48,254 bases of DNA from contig CAJWKQ010000003.1 of NCBI GenBank assembly GCA_913041895.1, forward strand, positions 1 to 48,254. The letters run 5' to 3'. Each line of letters begins with the position of its first letter. The first letter of the stretch is position 1. This DNA comes from an uncultured Verrucomicrobiales bacterium (GTDB lineage: Bacteria > Verrucomicrobiota > Verrucomicrobiia > Limisphaerales > UBA1100). Under the pieces are notes generated by a model that was given only the letters and a program-made list of their open reading frames with translations, had not been told where the DNA came from and searched no databases. Made by a program: the position numbers and the translations under genes. Below, in pieces: positions 1 through 8,161 of this stretch.

Positions 1-132
1 CACATTATGCTCTATGCGGATGGTCATGCCGCTGAATTTGTATTTCCCCCAACAGACAAGATGCTGAAATGGATAGTTCCTCCTCCTCATGGAAATATGC
101 CTGAACCAGACCCTGATTATATCTGGTGGTAA
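1..132 (+). CDS. Partial CDS (3' end only): prepilin-type protein with H-X9-DG C-terminal motif
   Basis: Frame 1 reads HIMLYADGHAAEFVFPP...PDPDYIWW* with TAA at 130-132. The LYADGH motif matches the H-X9-DG-CTERM signature of PVC pilin-like proteins. Not in the ORF track because the start lies upstream of the window. Confidence 0.7.
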   Translation, partial: HIMLYADGHAAEFVFPPTDKMLKWIVPPPHGNMPEPDPDYIWW

Positions 133-179
133 GATATATTTTTCTATCCATTCTATAGTTTTCTATTTTATTATGCAGC

Positions 180-1700
180 ATGCTCTCCAAGGTTCATGCT
201 GCGGCTCTCTATGGCGTTGAATCCGTACCCGTTGAGGTAGAAGTTCATGTGGGGCCCGGAGAAGAGCGTATTGTCATCGTGGGATTACCCGATGCGGCAG
301 TTCGCGAATCAATTGAACGGGTTTCCACGGCTCTGACTAATTCCGGGTTTGGCCTCCCTCCCGGTAAAACAACAATCAATCTTGCCCCAGCCGATTTACG
401 TAAGGAGGGTCCCAGTTTCGATCTGGCCATTGCACTCGCTTGGTTGATGGCAAGTGAACAGGTAATCAATGATCGAGCTGATGAATTTTTACTGATTGGA
501 GAACTAGCACTCACCGGAAAAGTGCGAAAGATAAAAGGGGTTCTACCCATTGCCCTCACCGCACGATCCGAAGGGCACCGAGGGCTGTTAGTTCCAGCAG
601 GGAATGCAGCCGAAGCAGCGGTGGTAGAAGGGCTTGAAGTAATTCCTTTGCAATCACTTCGTGAAGCGGCCGATTTTTTGAGCGGGAGTTCGCCCATTAC
701 ACCGACACGAATTAATCCCAAGACATTGTTTGAACAATCGGCGAAGACGAGTGAAGATTTATGCGAGGTAAAGGGACAGGAAACAGTGAAACGCGCTCTA
801 GAAATCTCAGCTGCCGGCGGACATAACCTTATCCTGATTGGCCCTCCCGGAACCGGCAAAAGCATGCTAGCTAAAAGGCTCCGTTCCATTCTGCCACCTC
901 TCACTCTTGATGAGTCACTCGAAACAACCCGAATACATAGCGTAGCCGGGCTGCTAGAACCCAATCAGGCACTCGTTACTCAAAGACCATTTCGGTCCCC
1001 ACACCATACTGCCAGTGATGCAGGCTTGCTTGGAGGTAATGTCCGGCCCTCGCCGGGAGAAATTTCGCTTTCGCATCACGGAGTATTATTTCTGGATGAG
1101 TTGCCTGAATTTCGACGTAGCGTACTCGAAACAATGCGCCAGCCATTGGAAGATGGACGCGTCACTATTAGCCGTGCGGCAGGCACCATGACTTTCCCTT
1201 CAGAATTCATGCTGGTAGCAGCAATGAATCCTACCCCGGATGGGAAAACTCCAAGTGAAAGCAACTCGACCCCTCGTGAGATTCAAAATTATCTGGGGCG
1301 CATTTCTGGCCCATTACTTGACCGAATTGATTTACACGTGGAGGTTCCACCGGTTGAATTTAGGGAAATGAATTCCGCAAACGGTGGAGAAACCAGTGCG
1401 GTTATTCGCGAACGCGTTTTGAAGGCACGTCGCATTCAGAATCTCCGATGGAATGGCTCACCGACTTGCAATGCCCGAATGCAGCCACGTGATTTACAAG
1501 CATGGTGTGCTATGGATGACACAACGCAGGACTTACTACGAAGAGCCATGGAAGAACTAGAACTTAGTGCCAGAGCCTATGATCGGATATTAAAAGTGTC
1601 GCGAACGATTGCTGACTTGGCCGATTCTCAAACCCTTACAACGGAGCATGTCTCCGAAGCTATTCAATATCGGACTCTAGATCGGCAAATTTGGACCTAA
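180..1700 (+). CDS. comM: YifB/ComM family Mg-chelatase-like AAA+ ATPase
   Basis: IVGLPDAAVRES, NLAPADLRKEG, Walker A GPPGTGKS, RSPHHTAS, Walker B LFLDELPEF, SGPLLDRID, LSARAYDRILKVSRTIADL. Confidence 0.95.
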   Translation: MLSKVHAAALYGVESVPVEVEVHVGPGEERIVIVGLPDAAVRESIERVSTALTNSGFGLPPGKTTINLAPADLRKEGPSFDLAIALAWLMASEQVINDRADEFLLIGELALTGKVRKIKGVLPIALTARSEGHRGLLVPAGNAAEAAVVEGLEVIPLQSLREAADFLSGSSPITPTRINPKTLFEQSAKTSEDLCEVKGQETVKRALEISAAGGHNLILIGPPGTGKSMLAKRLRSILPPLTLDESLETTRIHSVAGLLEPNQALVTQRPFRSPHHTASDAGLLGGNVRPSPGEISLSHHGVLFLDELPEFRRSVLETMRQPLEDGRVTISRAAGTMTFPSEFMLVAAMNPTPDGKTPSESNSTPREIQNYLGRISGPLLDRIDLHVEVPPVEFREMNSANGGETSAVIRERVLKARRIQNLRWNGSPTCNARMQPRDLQAWCAMDDTTQDLLRRAMEELELSARAYDRILKVSRTIADLADSQTLTTEHVSEAIQYRTLDRQIWT

Positions 1701-1846
1701 CCATCGATTCAATCAATTTTCTTCCGCCGATTATCGATTGGCCAAGATGAAGTCCTTTACCCTATTCTTTAGCTCGACAAAGGATACAATGATGTTCCTC
1801 TAAAACACCGAGTTTAAGTAAACAAAATACCAGACGCCCCGAATCG

Positions 1847-2431
1847 ATGGATTGCCAATTAACCAAACCGAATGAGCCTGAGAAATACGAGCCAAGCGAA
1901 GGAGACATAGTTTTTCAGGCTTTGCCTCTTGAAGATGATTTAATTCAGGCGATTGAAGGCGTTACAGAATCAAACTACTCACATGTGGGGGTACTGCTCA
2001 AGCGTGATAGAGAATGGACTGTGATTGAAGCTAGCCGCCCTGGTGTGATTTACACACCATTTGATGAATGGAAGGTCAAGGGACGGGACGGGCGCTGGGC
2101 AGCTTATCGCCTCAAGGCAGCATATCAGCGCCATATTTCACAATTTTTGAGAGACCTACAGCAACATATAGGCAAGCCATATGATTTCAAATATGAACTC
2201 ACTGAAGACAAGCTATACTGTTCAGAATTGGTCTATCATGCCTGGAAGAGTTCCACAGGACGGGAGATGGGTGAACTCAAGAAAGTAGGCGAGTTAAACT
2301 GGAAACCATACAGGGAGATAATCGAGAAATATAATGAGGCACCGGTACCTGTAGAGCGGCAAGTGATCAGCCCGATTGAACTTTCAAAAGCAGATCAGTT
2401 GGAGAAGATTTACGACCACGGACTAGACTAA
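1847..2431 (+). CDS. YiiX/YebB-like permuted papain-like (NlpC/P60) amidase
   Basis: GDIVFQ, YSHVG (His), VIEA, PYDF, LYCSELVY (Cys): the permuted His-before-Cys order. Stop TAA shares a base with the next ATG (TAATG at 2429-2433). Confidence 0.85.
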   Translation: MDCQLTKPNEPEKYEPSEGDIVFQALPLEDDLIQAIEGVTESNYSHVGVLLKRDREWTVIEASRPGVIYTPFDEWKVKGRDGRWAAYRLKAAYQRHISQFLRDLQQHIGKPYDFKYELTEDKLYCSELVYHAWKSSTGREMGELKKVGELNWKPYREIIEKYNEAPVPVERQVISPIELSKADQLEKIYDHGLD

Positions 2432-3804
2432 TGAATAATAAAACAACAGGAAGAGCCATCGTCACTTTCGCACGCGGCTGGCAAACGCTGGTTGCCGTCC
2501 GCAGCCTAGGACGCCGCGGCGTAGAAGTAATCACGGGCGATCAATACTCTATGACACCCGGATCTCTTTCCAAGTACAGTACTGGTAAATTCAAATATCC
2601 AGACCCCGAGAAGGACCCCTCAGGTTTTCTTGATGCACTGGAAAAGGTAGTAATCGAAAACAAGCCAGAAGATGGTCGGCCATACGTATTGTTACCCATT
2701 CACAAAGAGAGCTATCTTATCGCCAAATACCGTGAACGATTTGAACAGCACATTGCACTGGCACTGCCGGGCATTGAGCAGATCATGCAGGTTCACAATA
2801 AGGGCACACTGGCTGCGTATGCACAGAAGACAGGCCTACCGATGCCGTGTACATGGATTCCTGAAACAGTCGATGCATTCCACAAAAAACTCCAAGAAAT
2901 GACGGTGCCCGCGTTTGTAAAAATCCGCGAGTCATCATCTGGGGTGGGCATTGACAAGGTGAACACGCACGAAGAACTGGAACATACATTCCTAAAATTT
3001 ATCGACCAATTTGACCTGAAATCTGGTGATCTACCGATTATCCAGTCTCTCGTGCCCGGCGATGATTATTGTGTCACCACCCTGTTTAATCGCGGCAAGC
3101 TCGAGGCGTGCATGACCTATCGCAACCTTCGGACATATCCTGTGAAAACCGGCCCGGGGGCATTGAGAGAAACAGTGGAAGCGCCCGCGATGGAAAAAAT
3201 CGCCGGCGAGGTGCTGGGACCATTGGATTGGCATGGCGTGGCTGAGCTGGATTTTCGTTGGGATGGTAATGCCGAATCACCGCCGCACCTCATTGAGGTC
3301 AACCCTCGTTTTTGGGGCGGTCTCATTCAAGCGGTTGAATCCGGCTGGGATTACCCGTGGCTCGTCTTTCAGCTCGCCGCTACCAGCACGGTGGACCTTG
3401 ACACTGAACGTCGCACTGACGTGAAAACTGAAATACCCATGCTCGCCTTCCTGTCCACACTCAATGAGCTTTCCCATAGCGAAGCGGGACATGCTGCACT
3501 GAAAGACGGCTGGGAAAGCGCGAAGGACGAATTTCACGATGGCTCGAAGAGAGCTGGACTCAAGGCTTTACTAAAGGGATTAAAAACCGGTCTGGACCCC
3601 AAGGCCCGTCTAGCAGAAGCCCGGCGCGTGCTTGGCGACCACAAGCATAATGTGTATGACATACTTTCCAAGGAAGATCCCGGCCCTGCACTAGGCATCT
3701 TTTTTCCGCTCGCCGTTTTCCTCAAGCACGGCAAGGTCAACATTGACCTGATCACTGGTGAAGGAGCCCCCAGCGATGATGACAAAACCGACGGCAAACC
3801 CTGA
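2431..3804 (+). CDS. ATP-grasp carboxylate-amine ligase family protein
   Basis: Pre-grasp region AVRSLGRRGV...SKY, then HNKG, FVK..SSSGVG, IIQ.LVPG, GVAELDF and LIEVNPRFWG, which are ATP-grasp metal/ATP motifs. Confidence 0.85.
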   Translation: MNNKTTGRAIVTFARGWQTLVAVRSLGRRGVEVITGDQYSMTPGSLSKYSTGKFKYPDPEKDPSGFLDALEKVVIENKPEDGRPYVLLPIHKESYLIAKYRERFEQHIALALPGIEQIMQVHNKGTLAAYAQKTGLPMPCTWIPETVDAFHKKLQEMTVPAFVKIRESSSGVGIDKVNTHEELEHTFLKFIDQFDLKSGDLPIIQSLVPGDDYCVTTLFNRGKLEACMTYRNLRTYPVKTGPGALRETVEAPAMEKIAGEVLGPLDWHGVAELDFRWDGNAESPPHLIEVNPRFWGGLIQAVESGWDYPWLVFQLAATSTVDLDTERRTDVKTEIPMLAFLSTLNELSHSEAGHAALKDGWESAKDEFHDGSKRAGLKALLKGLKTGLDPKARLAEARRVLGDHKHNVYDILSKEDPGPALGIFFPLAVFLKHGKVNIDLITGEGAPSDDDKTDGKP

Positions 3805-4621
3805 AATCTTACCTAAAACGACTCGGTGCTGGCCACGCCGACTGGTCCTTTCCACCTGTTTATTGTTTATGGCCTATTTCCTGGGCTACCGCGTCCTTGT
3901 TCCCATGGGAGTGGACAGTTGGATGCAATACCGCTTGCCTGCTAATGCACCGCGGATCGCCTTTTCGCCCAACGACACTTGGCTGGAAGAACTAGGTGCG
4001 AATGAAGCATACAAGATTGCACTCGCCCGAGCAGGCGGGCGGCTAGTGGAAATACAGCCCAGCGACACTAGCGCAAATCCACAGCGCATCGCCACATGGT
4101 TGGAGCAAAACAAAATCTCCGGCGTGCTGCTCGCTGGTGGAGGAGACGTGGACCCGCGTCTTTATGGCGGCGACCCATCACAAGCCTCCTCTGTTAACCG
4201 CGCACGCGATGACTTTGAAATAGCGCTCATCAAAGTAGCCGAGGACAAACAGCTACCAATTCTAGGCATCTGCCGTGGCTGCCAAATACTCAATGTCGCC
4301 CATAACGGCACACTACAAAAACTGAAGGACGATCGCCATTTCAGTATTTCTGGACACGCAGCCGACCTGTCCAAAGGCAGTCGACTTGCCCAAATCATGG
4401 ACAGCACACACCTTGAGCATGTGGGCAGCTACCATCAACAGGCAGCCCAAGAGCTAGGTAACAACCTGCGTGTGAGCGCCATTGGCCCCGATGGGATCAT
4501 CGAAGCCATTGAGAGCACCGGCCCGGGGTGGGTGGTGGCGGTACAATGGCATCCCGAATTGGAAATAAGTGACCCCAAACAGGAAGCGCTATTACGCGCA
4601 TTCGTCCGGGCAGCTAAGTGA
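3776..4621 (+). CDS. Peptidase C26 / gamma-glutamyl-gamma-aminobutyrate hydrolase (PuuD-like, class I GATase fold) with N-terminal membrane anchor
   Basis: GGGDVDP, RDDFE, nucleophile elbow GICRGCQ, SYHQQA, QWHPE catalytic His-Glu. Hydrophobic segment LVLSTCLLFMAYFLGY near the N-terminus. Start taken at ATG 3776 (3779 or GTG 3758 also possible). Confidence 0.85.
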   Translation: MMTKPTANPEILPKTTRCWPRRLVLSTCLLFMAYFLGYRVLVPMGVDSWMQYRLPANAPRIAFSPNDTWLEELGANEAYKIALARAGGRLVEIQPSDTSANPQRIATWLEQNKISGVLLAGGGDVDPRLYGGDPSQASSVNRARDDFEIALIKVAEDKQLPILGICRGCQILNVAHNGTLQKLKDDRHFSISGHAADLSKGSRLAQIMDSTHLEHVGSYHQQAAQELGNNLRVSAIGPDGIIEAIESTGPGWVVAVQWHPELEISDPKQEALLRAFVRAAK

Positions 4622-4628
4622 TGTGATC

Positions 4629-5729
4629 TTATAACGTCAGTGGAGAGCACTGCACCCCGTGAGCCTCAGCAACTGCCGAACAAGTTACTAGACCATTAAT
4701 TACGTTAATGCCCCCTTCAAGCTCGGGCTTGGCTCCACATGCACCAGCGAGACCACGATCAGCAATAAGCTCCACATATGGAAAAGTAACATTTGTGAGT
4801 GCTTGAGTAGCAGTCCGAGCATAGGCACCTGGCATATTGGCCACACAATAATGTGTGACTCCTTCTTCCACATATACCGGATCATGATGGGTCGTGGGCC
4901 GACTGGTCTCGGCACATCCCCCTTGATCAATGGCGATATCGACTAAGACACTCCCCGGGCGCATGACTTGGAGCATCTGACGAGTAATAAGCCGGGGTGC
5001 CTTGGCCCCAGGCACAAGTACTGCCCCAATAAGCAGATCTACACGCGGAAGCAGCTCCATCAGATGTGCCTGATCTGAGTAGAGTGTATGTGCCGAATGC
5101 AAGGTGATGTCCAGAAAGCGCATGCGCTCGACATCCACCTCCAAAATGGTGACGTCCGCCCCTAGACCTGTAGCCATGCGGGCAGCATTAACTCCACTGA
5201 CACCTCCCCCTAAAACCACCACCTTACCAGGTAAAACACCAGGCACGCCACCCAGCAAAATCCCACTCCCTCGGTGATGTTTTGCCAAATAGTAGCCACC
5301 AACGATAACAGACATACGACCAGCAATTTCACTCATCGGCTCCAATAAAGGTAACCTCCCTTGAACCTCAATGGTCTCGTAAGCTATAGCTGTACACTGC
5401 CGATCAATCAAAGATTGGGTTAACTGCGGGGAAGGGGCCAGATGGAGATAGGTGAATAGTATTTGGCCCGATTTCAACATTTGAACTTCCTCAGACTGTG
5501 GTTCTTTTACTTTCACAATGAGTTCGGCCTCAGCGAAGATGTCATCGGGATTTTCAAACAACACAGCCCCGGCATCCGAATAGTCTGCATCCGGGTAACC
5601 ACTCCCCTTTCCAGCACCAACTTCCACAATAACTCGGTGGCCACGCTGGGAAAGCTGGTATGCAGCAGAGGGTAAAAGACCAACACGATGCTCATCAGCC
5701 TTAACTTCTCGAGGTACTCCAATTATCAT
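4629..5729 (-). CDS. ald: Alanine dehydrogenase
   Basis: [63 protein letters not shown]. Confidence 0.97.
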   Translation of the reverse strand: MIIGVPREVKADEHRVGLLPSAAYQLSQRGHRVIVEVGAGKGSGYPDADYSDAGAVLFENPDDIFAEAELIVKVKEPQSEEVQMLKSGQILFTYLHLAPSPQLTQSLIDRQCTAIAYETIEVQGRLPLLEPMSEIAGRMSVIVGGYYLAKHHRGSGILLGGVPGVLPGKVVVLGGGVSGVNAARMATGLGADVTILEVDVERMRFLDITLHSAHTLYSDQAHLMELLPRVDLLIGAVLVPGAKAPRLITRQMLQVMRPGSVLVDIAIDQGGCAETSRPTTHHDPVYVEEGVTHYCVANMPGAYARTATQALTNVTFPYVELIADRGLAGACGAKPELEGGINVINGLVTCSAVAEAHGVQCSPLTL

Positions 5730-5768
5730 ACGCCTGTACTAGGGGTTTAAAGAGTTACATTAAATCCT

Positions 5769-6749
5769 CTATCCTTCAAGAGGCGCGTGCGCAGGTTTCT
5801 GCCCTTGTGCGTCACACTCAGCTTCCACCTCCGCACACAGCCGAGACACCGTAAACCAACGCATCAGCCACCAGCACCCCAATGCCAGAATGATTCCGGC
5901 AACTAGATCTACCCCGTAGTGGTAACGAAGATAGACGGTTGAAATCCACAGACCAATAGTAGGTGCCAATACCCACCAGAAATGATTGCGCCGGTATTGG
6001 AAGTCAAACATAAGCAAGTAGAGTGATGCAGCCATATGAATACTGGGAAACACATCCACCCCATTGGAGCGCTGAACAATAAAGGCACCTCCCACATCAG
6101 TAAGCCATCCTCCCTGACGCTGACCCAATTGATCAAATGGCCCAACTGCCGGCATGAGAATATACCCCACGTATCCCAAGGCATAAATCAATCCAAACCC
6201 CACGACGGCGTACCGAAACCTCTTGAGATCAGTTATTAGATAATAAAGGAGTCCTCCCACTATGTAATAGAAGAAAAAGAAATAACACGCCATTAACAGG
6301 TCGCTTGTCCAATTAGGCAAATTCAAGGTCATCAGTTTGGAAGGAAAATCACCCAACAAGAGAACATCCCAGCGTTTTAGAATTGTATCCTGCTGCCAAA
6401 TCAGGGACTCCAATCCCTCCGGGTTGTACATCATTGGTACGGCAGTGCTTAATGAAAAATAACACAGCCCACTAATGGTCAGTGTTAACAGCATCCTGCA
6501 ACGCCAGCGGACAGGAGAAGGCCTTAATTGGCACCATCCAATAACCCACAGGAGTGAAAGTAGGTAAAGCAAGAACAGGATGGAATTGGGTTGATCAAAT
6601 CCTGCCGCGAAGCCCACTCGCAAACAAGCGGCCCCTGCAAACAACATGAGTACCATTTCATGGGGCAGCACATGCCAACGATCAGGGAATTTGATCGATC
6701 CCTGCAAAAGCTCTTCCCACTGCCTTCGATTTCCCGGTGTTGAGGACAT
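5769..6749 (-). CDS. PAP2-superfamily membrane phosphatase/phosphotransferase (Aur1/Ipt1-like type)
   Basis: Multi-TM protein with GYILMPAVGP, DVFPSIH and STVYLRYHYGVDLVAG, the C2/C3 PAP2 catalytic His/Asp motifs in Aur1-like context. Confidence 0.8.
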   Translation of the reverse strand: MSSTPGNRRQWEELLQGSIKFPDRWHVLPHEMVLMLFAGAACLRVGFAAGFDQPNSILFLLYLLSLLWVIGWCQLRPSPVRWRCRMLLTLTISGLCYFSLSTAVPMMYNPEGLESLIWQQDTILKRWDVLLLGDFPSKLMTLNLPNWTSDLLMACYFFFFYYIVGGLLYYLITDLKRFRYAVVGFGLIYALGYVGYILMPAVGPFDQLGQRQGGWLTDVGGAFIVQRSNGVDVFPSIHMAASLYLLMFDFQYRRNHFWWVLAPTIGLWISTVYLRYHYGVDLVAGIILALGCWWLMRWFTVSRLCAEVEAECDAQGQKPAHAPLEG

Positions 6750-6828
6750 TACACAACTAATTTGGGCAACGCGCTATAGGGATTATTATAGAAACACACA
6801 ACCCGTTGTAACTCAAGATCAACTCTGC

Positions 6829-7542
6829 TTATTTTACTCCAGCCAAGCGCTCTTCCCAAATTTGATAGAGCCGCGTTGTAGCCACAACATCCCTGACACA
6901 GTAATCCGCAATCTCTTGGAATCGACCAGCCTGCATCAAATCATTTATATCCATGCCGGTTACTCCCTCAGCCTTTGGAGAAGGGATTCCAAAGGCCTTA
7001 CAGTAAAAGTCTAGATTAAAACGCCGGGCAGCCCCTCCCCAACCTCCAACATTATAAAAAGTAAGCTGATCGGCTAAATCACAATGAGGTTGAGTCTGAA
7101 AGCGATACCCAAGCCAATCCTTTCGAGTCACGGGCACATCGAGAACTGCTGAACGCAAGTACAGAAAAGGCACATCAAAGCCACGACCATTAAAAGTACA
7201 AATCCTATCATACTTCGCCGCCAGTTCCCAGAACCGCACAAGTAACTCTGATTCATCCATGCAAGGAAGATACTCAATAGGATCAGTTGGCCCCTCTTCA
7301 AAATCATCTGCCAGATAGAGCACTTTCCCCCGCCCACTTTCAGAATTAATCATGCAAATACAGACACACTGAGCCGTAAACGGCCAAAGGTTAAACTGAC
7401 CTGTAATTTCCTCCCTTTTACGTTCTTTTTCAGCCTGATCCAAAAGATTCTCAGCAGGTCGATAAAGGTACTCTATCTGCGCATCATCTAGATCTTCTTT
7501 AGGGAGAGCCGAAGTTTCGATATCAAACACCAAACAGGACAT
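6829..7542 (-). CDS. Stand-alone 3'-5' exonuclease (DEDD, PolB-proofreading-like RNase H fold)
   Basis: ExoI VFDIET, ExoII TFNGRGFDVPFL, ExoIII YCVRDV; HCDL and LD.YCKAFGIPSPK are typical of this family. Confidence 0.85.
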   Translation of the reverse strand: MSCLVFDIETSALPKEDLDDAQIEYLYRPAENLLDQAEKERKREEITGQFNLWPFTAQCVCICMINSESGRGKVLYLADDFEEGPTDPIEYLPCMDESELLVRFWELAAKYDRICTFNGRGFDVPFLYLRSAVLDVPVTRKDWLGYRFQTQPHCDLADQLTFYNVGGWGGAARRFNLDFYCKAFGIPSPKAEGVTGMDINDLMQAGRFQEIADYCVRDVVATTRLYQIWEERLAGVK

Positions 7543-7586
7543 GCCTTACGTTGGGCTTTCAGCCCTGAAAATCAACGCGGAAACAC

Positions 7587-7613
7587 AAAAAAAGCGGCGG
7601 GTAACCCCGCCGC
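7587..7613 (-). terminator. Rho-independent terminator of the histone-like gene
   Basis: 8-bp GC stem gcggcggg(7594-7601)/cccgccgc(7606-7613), 4-nt loop, A7 at 7587-7593 (U-tract on the minus strand), about 30 nt after the stop at 7645. Confidence 0.85.
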
Positions 7614-7644
7614 CGTGTGGAAATAGTCTGAACTAAAAAGGAGA

Positions 7645-7974
7645 CTACTTCTTCTTGGCTTTTTTCTTAGCAGCCTTCTTCTTAGCAGGCTTCTTCTTAG
7701 CAGCCTTCTTCTTCTTAGCAGGCTTCTTCTTAGCAGCCTTCTTCTTCTTAGCTGGCTTCTTCTTAGCAGCTTTTTTCTTCTTAGCAGGCTTCTTCTTAGC
7801 AGCCTTCTTCTTCTTAGCAGCCTTCTTCTTCTTAGCAGGCTTCTTCTTAGCAGCCTTCTTTTTCTTTGCCGGCTTACGCTTAGCAGGCTTCTTCTTAGCA
7901 GCCTTACGCTTAGCAGGTTTCTTCTTAGCTGCCTTGCGCTTGGCAGGTTTCTTCTTAGCTTTTTTCTTGGCCAT
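7645..7974 (-). CDS. Histone H1-like Lys/Ala/Pro-rich DNA-binding protein (109 aa)
   Basis: MAKKKAKKKPAKRKAAKKKPAK... composed only of M, K, A, P and R. Strong SD AAGGAGGTG 9 nt upstream of ATG 7974 and a terminator downstream, so the true start is 7974 rather than the ORF-track 8088. Confidence 0.85.
   Translation of the reverse strand: MAKKKAKKKPAKRKAAKKKPAKRKAAKKKPAKRKPAKKKKAAKKKPAKKKKAAKKKKAAKKKPAKKKKAAKKKPAKKKKAAKKKPAKKKKAAKKKPAKKKAAKKKAKKK
7650..7970. repeat. Degenerate coding tandem repeat (AAKKKPAKKKK-type units)
   Basis: Recurrent cttcttcttagcag / gcaggcttcttcttagc words with synonymous variation and no spacers. Confidence 0.85.
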
Positions 7975-7983
7975 AGAAGTGTA

Positions 7984-7992
7984 CACCTCCTT
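7984..7992 (-). promoter_or_regulatory. Shine-Dalgarno site of the histone-like gene
   Basis: cacctcctt on + strand = AAGGAGGTG on - strand, 9 nt from ATG. Confidence 0.8.
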
Positions 7993-8125
7993 CTTAGGGT
8001 TATCGTCGGATCGCACGTATGCGATTCGCCCAACCCTATACACTAATTTAGTAGTGTTTGCATAGTTTTTTTTTAAGCTCTTTAACAAAAATGTTCACAC
8101 GTTCTACACAGTGAAATATTTTCTC

Positions 8126-8154
8126 TTCGCGATTTTTTTTTTTCACGATAGCTT
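8126..8154 (+). promoter_or_regulatory. Putative sigma70-type promoter for (leaderless) mutS
   Basis: TTCGCG (8126-8131), 17 nt spacer containing T11, TAGCTT (8149-8154), 7 nt, ATG 8162. No SD present. Confidence 0.4.
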
Positions 8155-8161
8155 TTTGAAG

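Noticed and set aside
5-190. 61-aa minus-strand ORF
   Set aside because: It is antisense to the H-X9-DG gene end and the comM start; the plus-strand reading is far more convincing.
7650-7970. Repeat array that might be a CRISPR or non-coding satellite
   Set aside because: No unique spacers, variation is synonymous in the Lys/Ala/Pro frame, and no cas genes are present. It is a coding repeat.
7572-8065. Alternative ORFs 7655-8065 (+, AAFFFLAG repeats) and 7572-8033 (-, RRRLL repeats)
   Set aside because: These are shadow frames of the histone-like gene; the SD and terminator support only the K/A/P frame.
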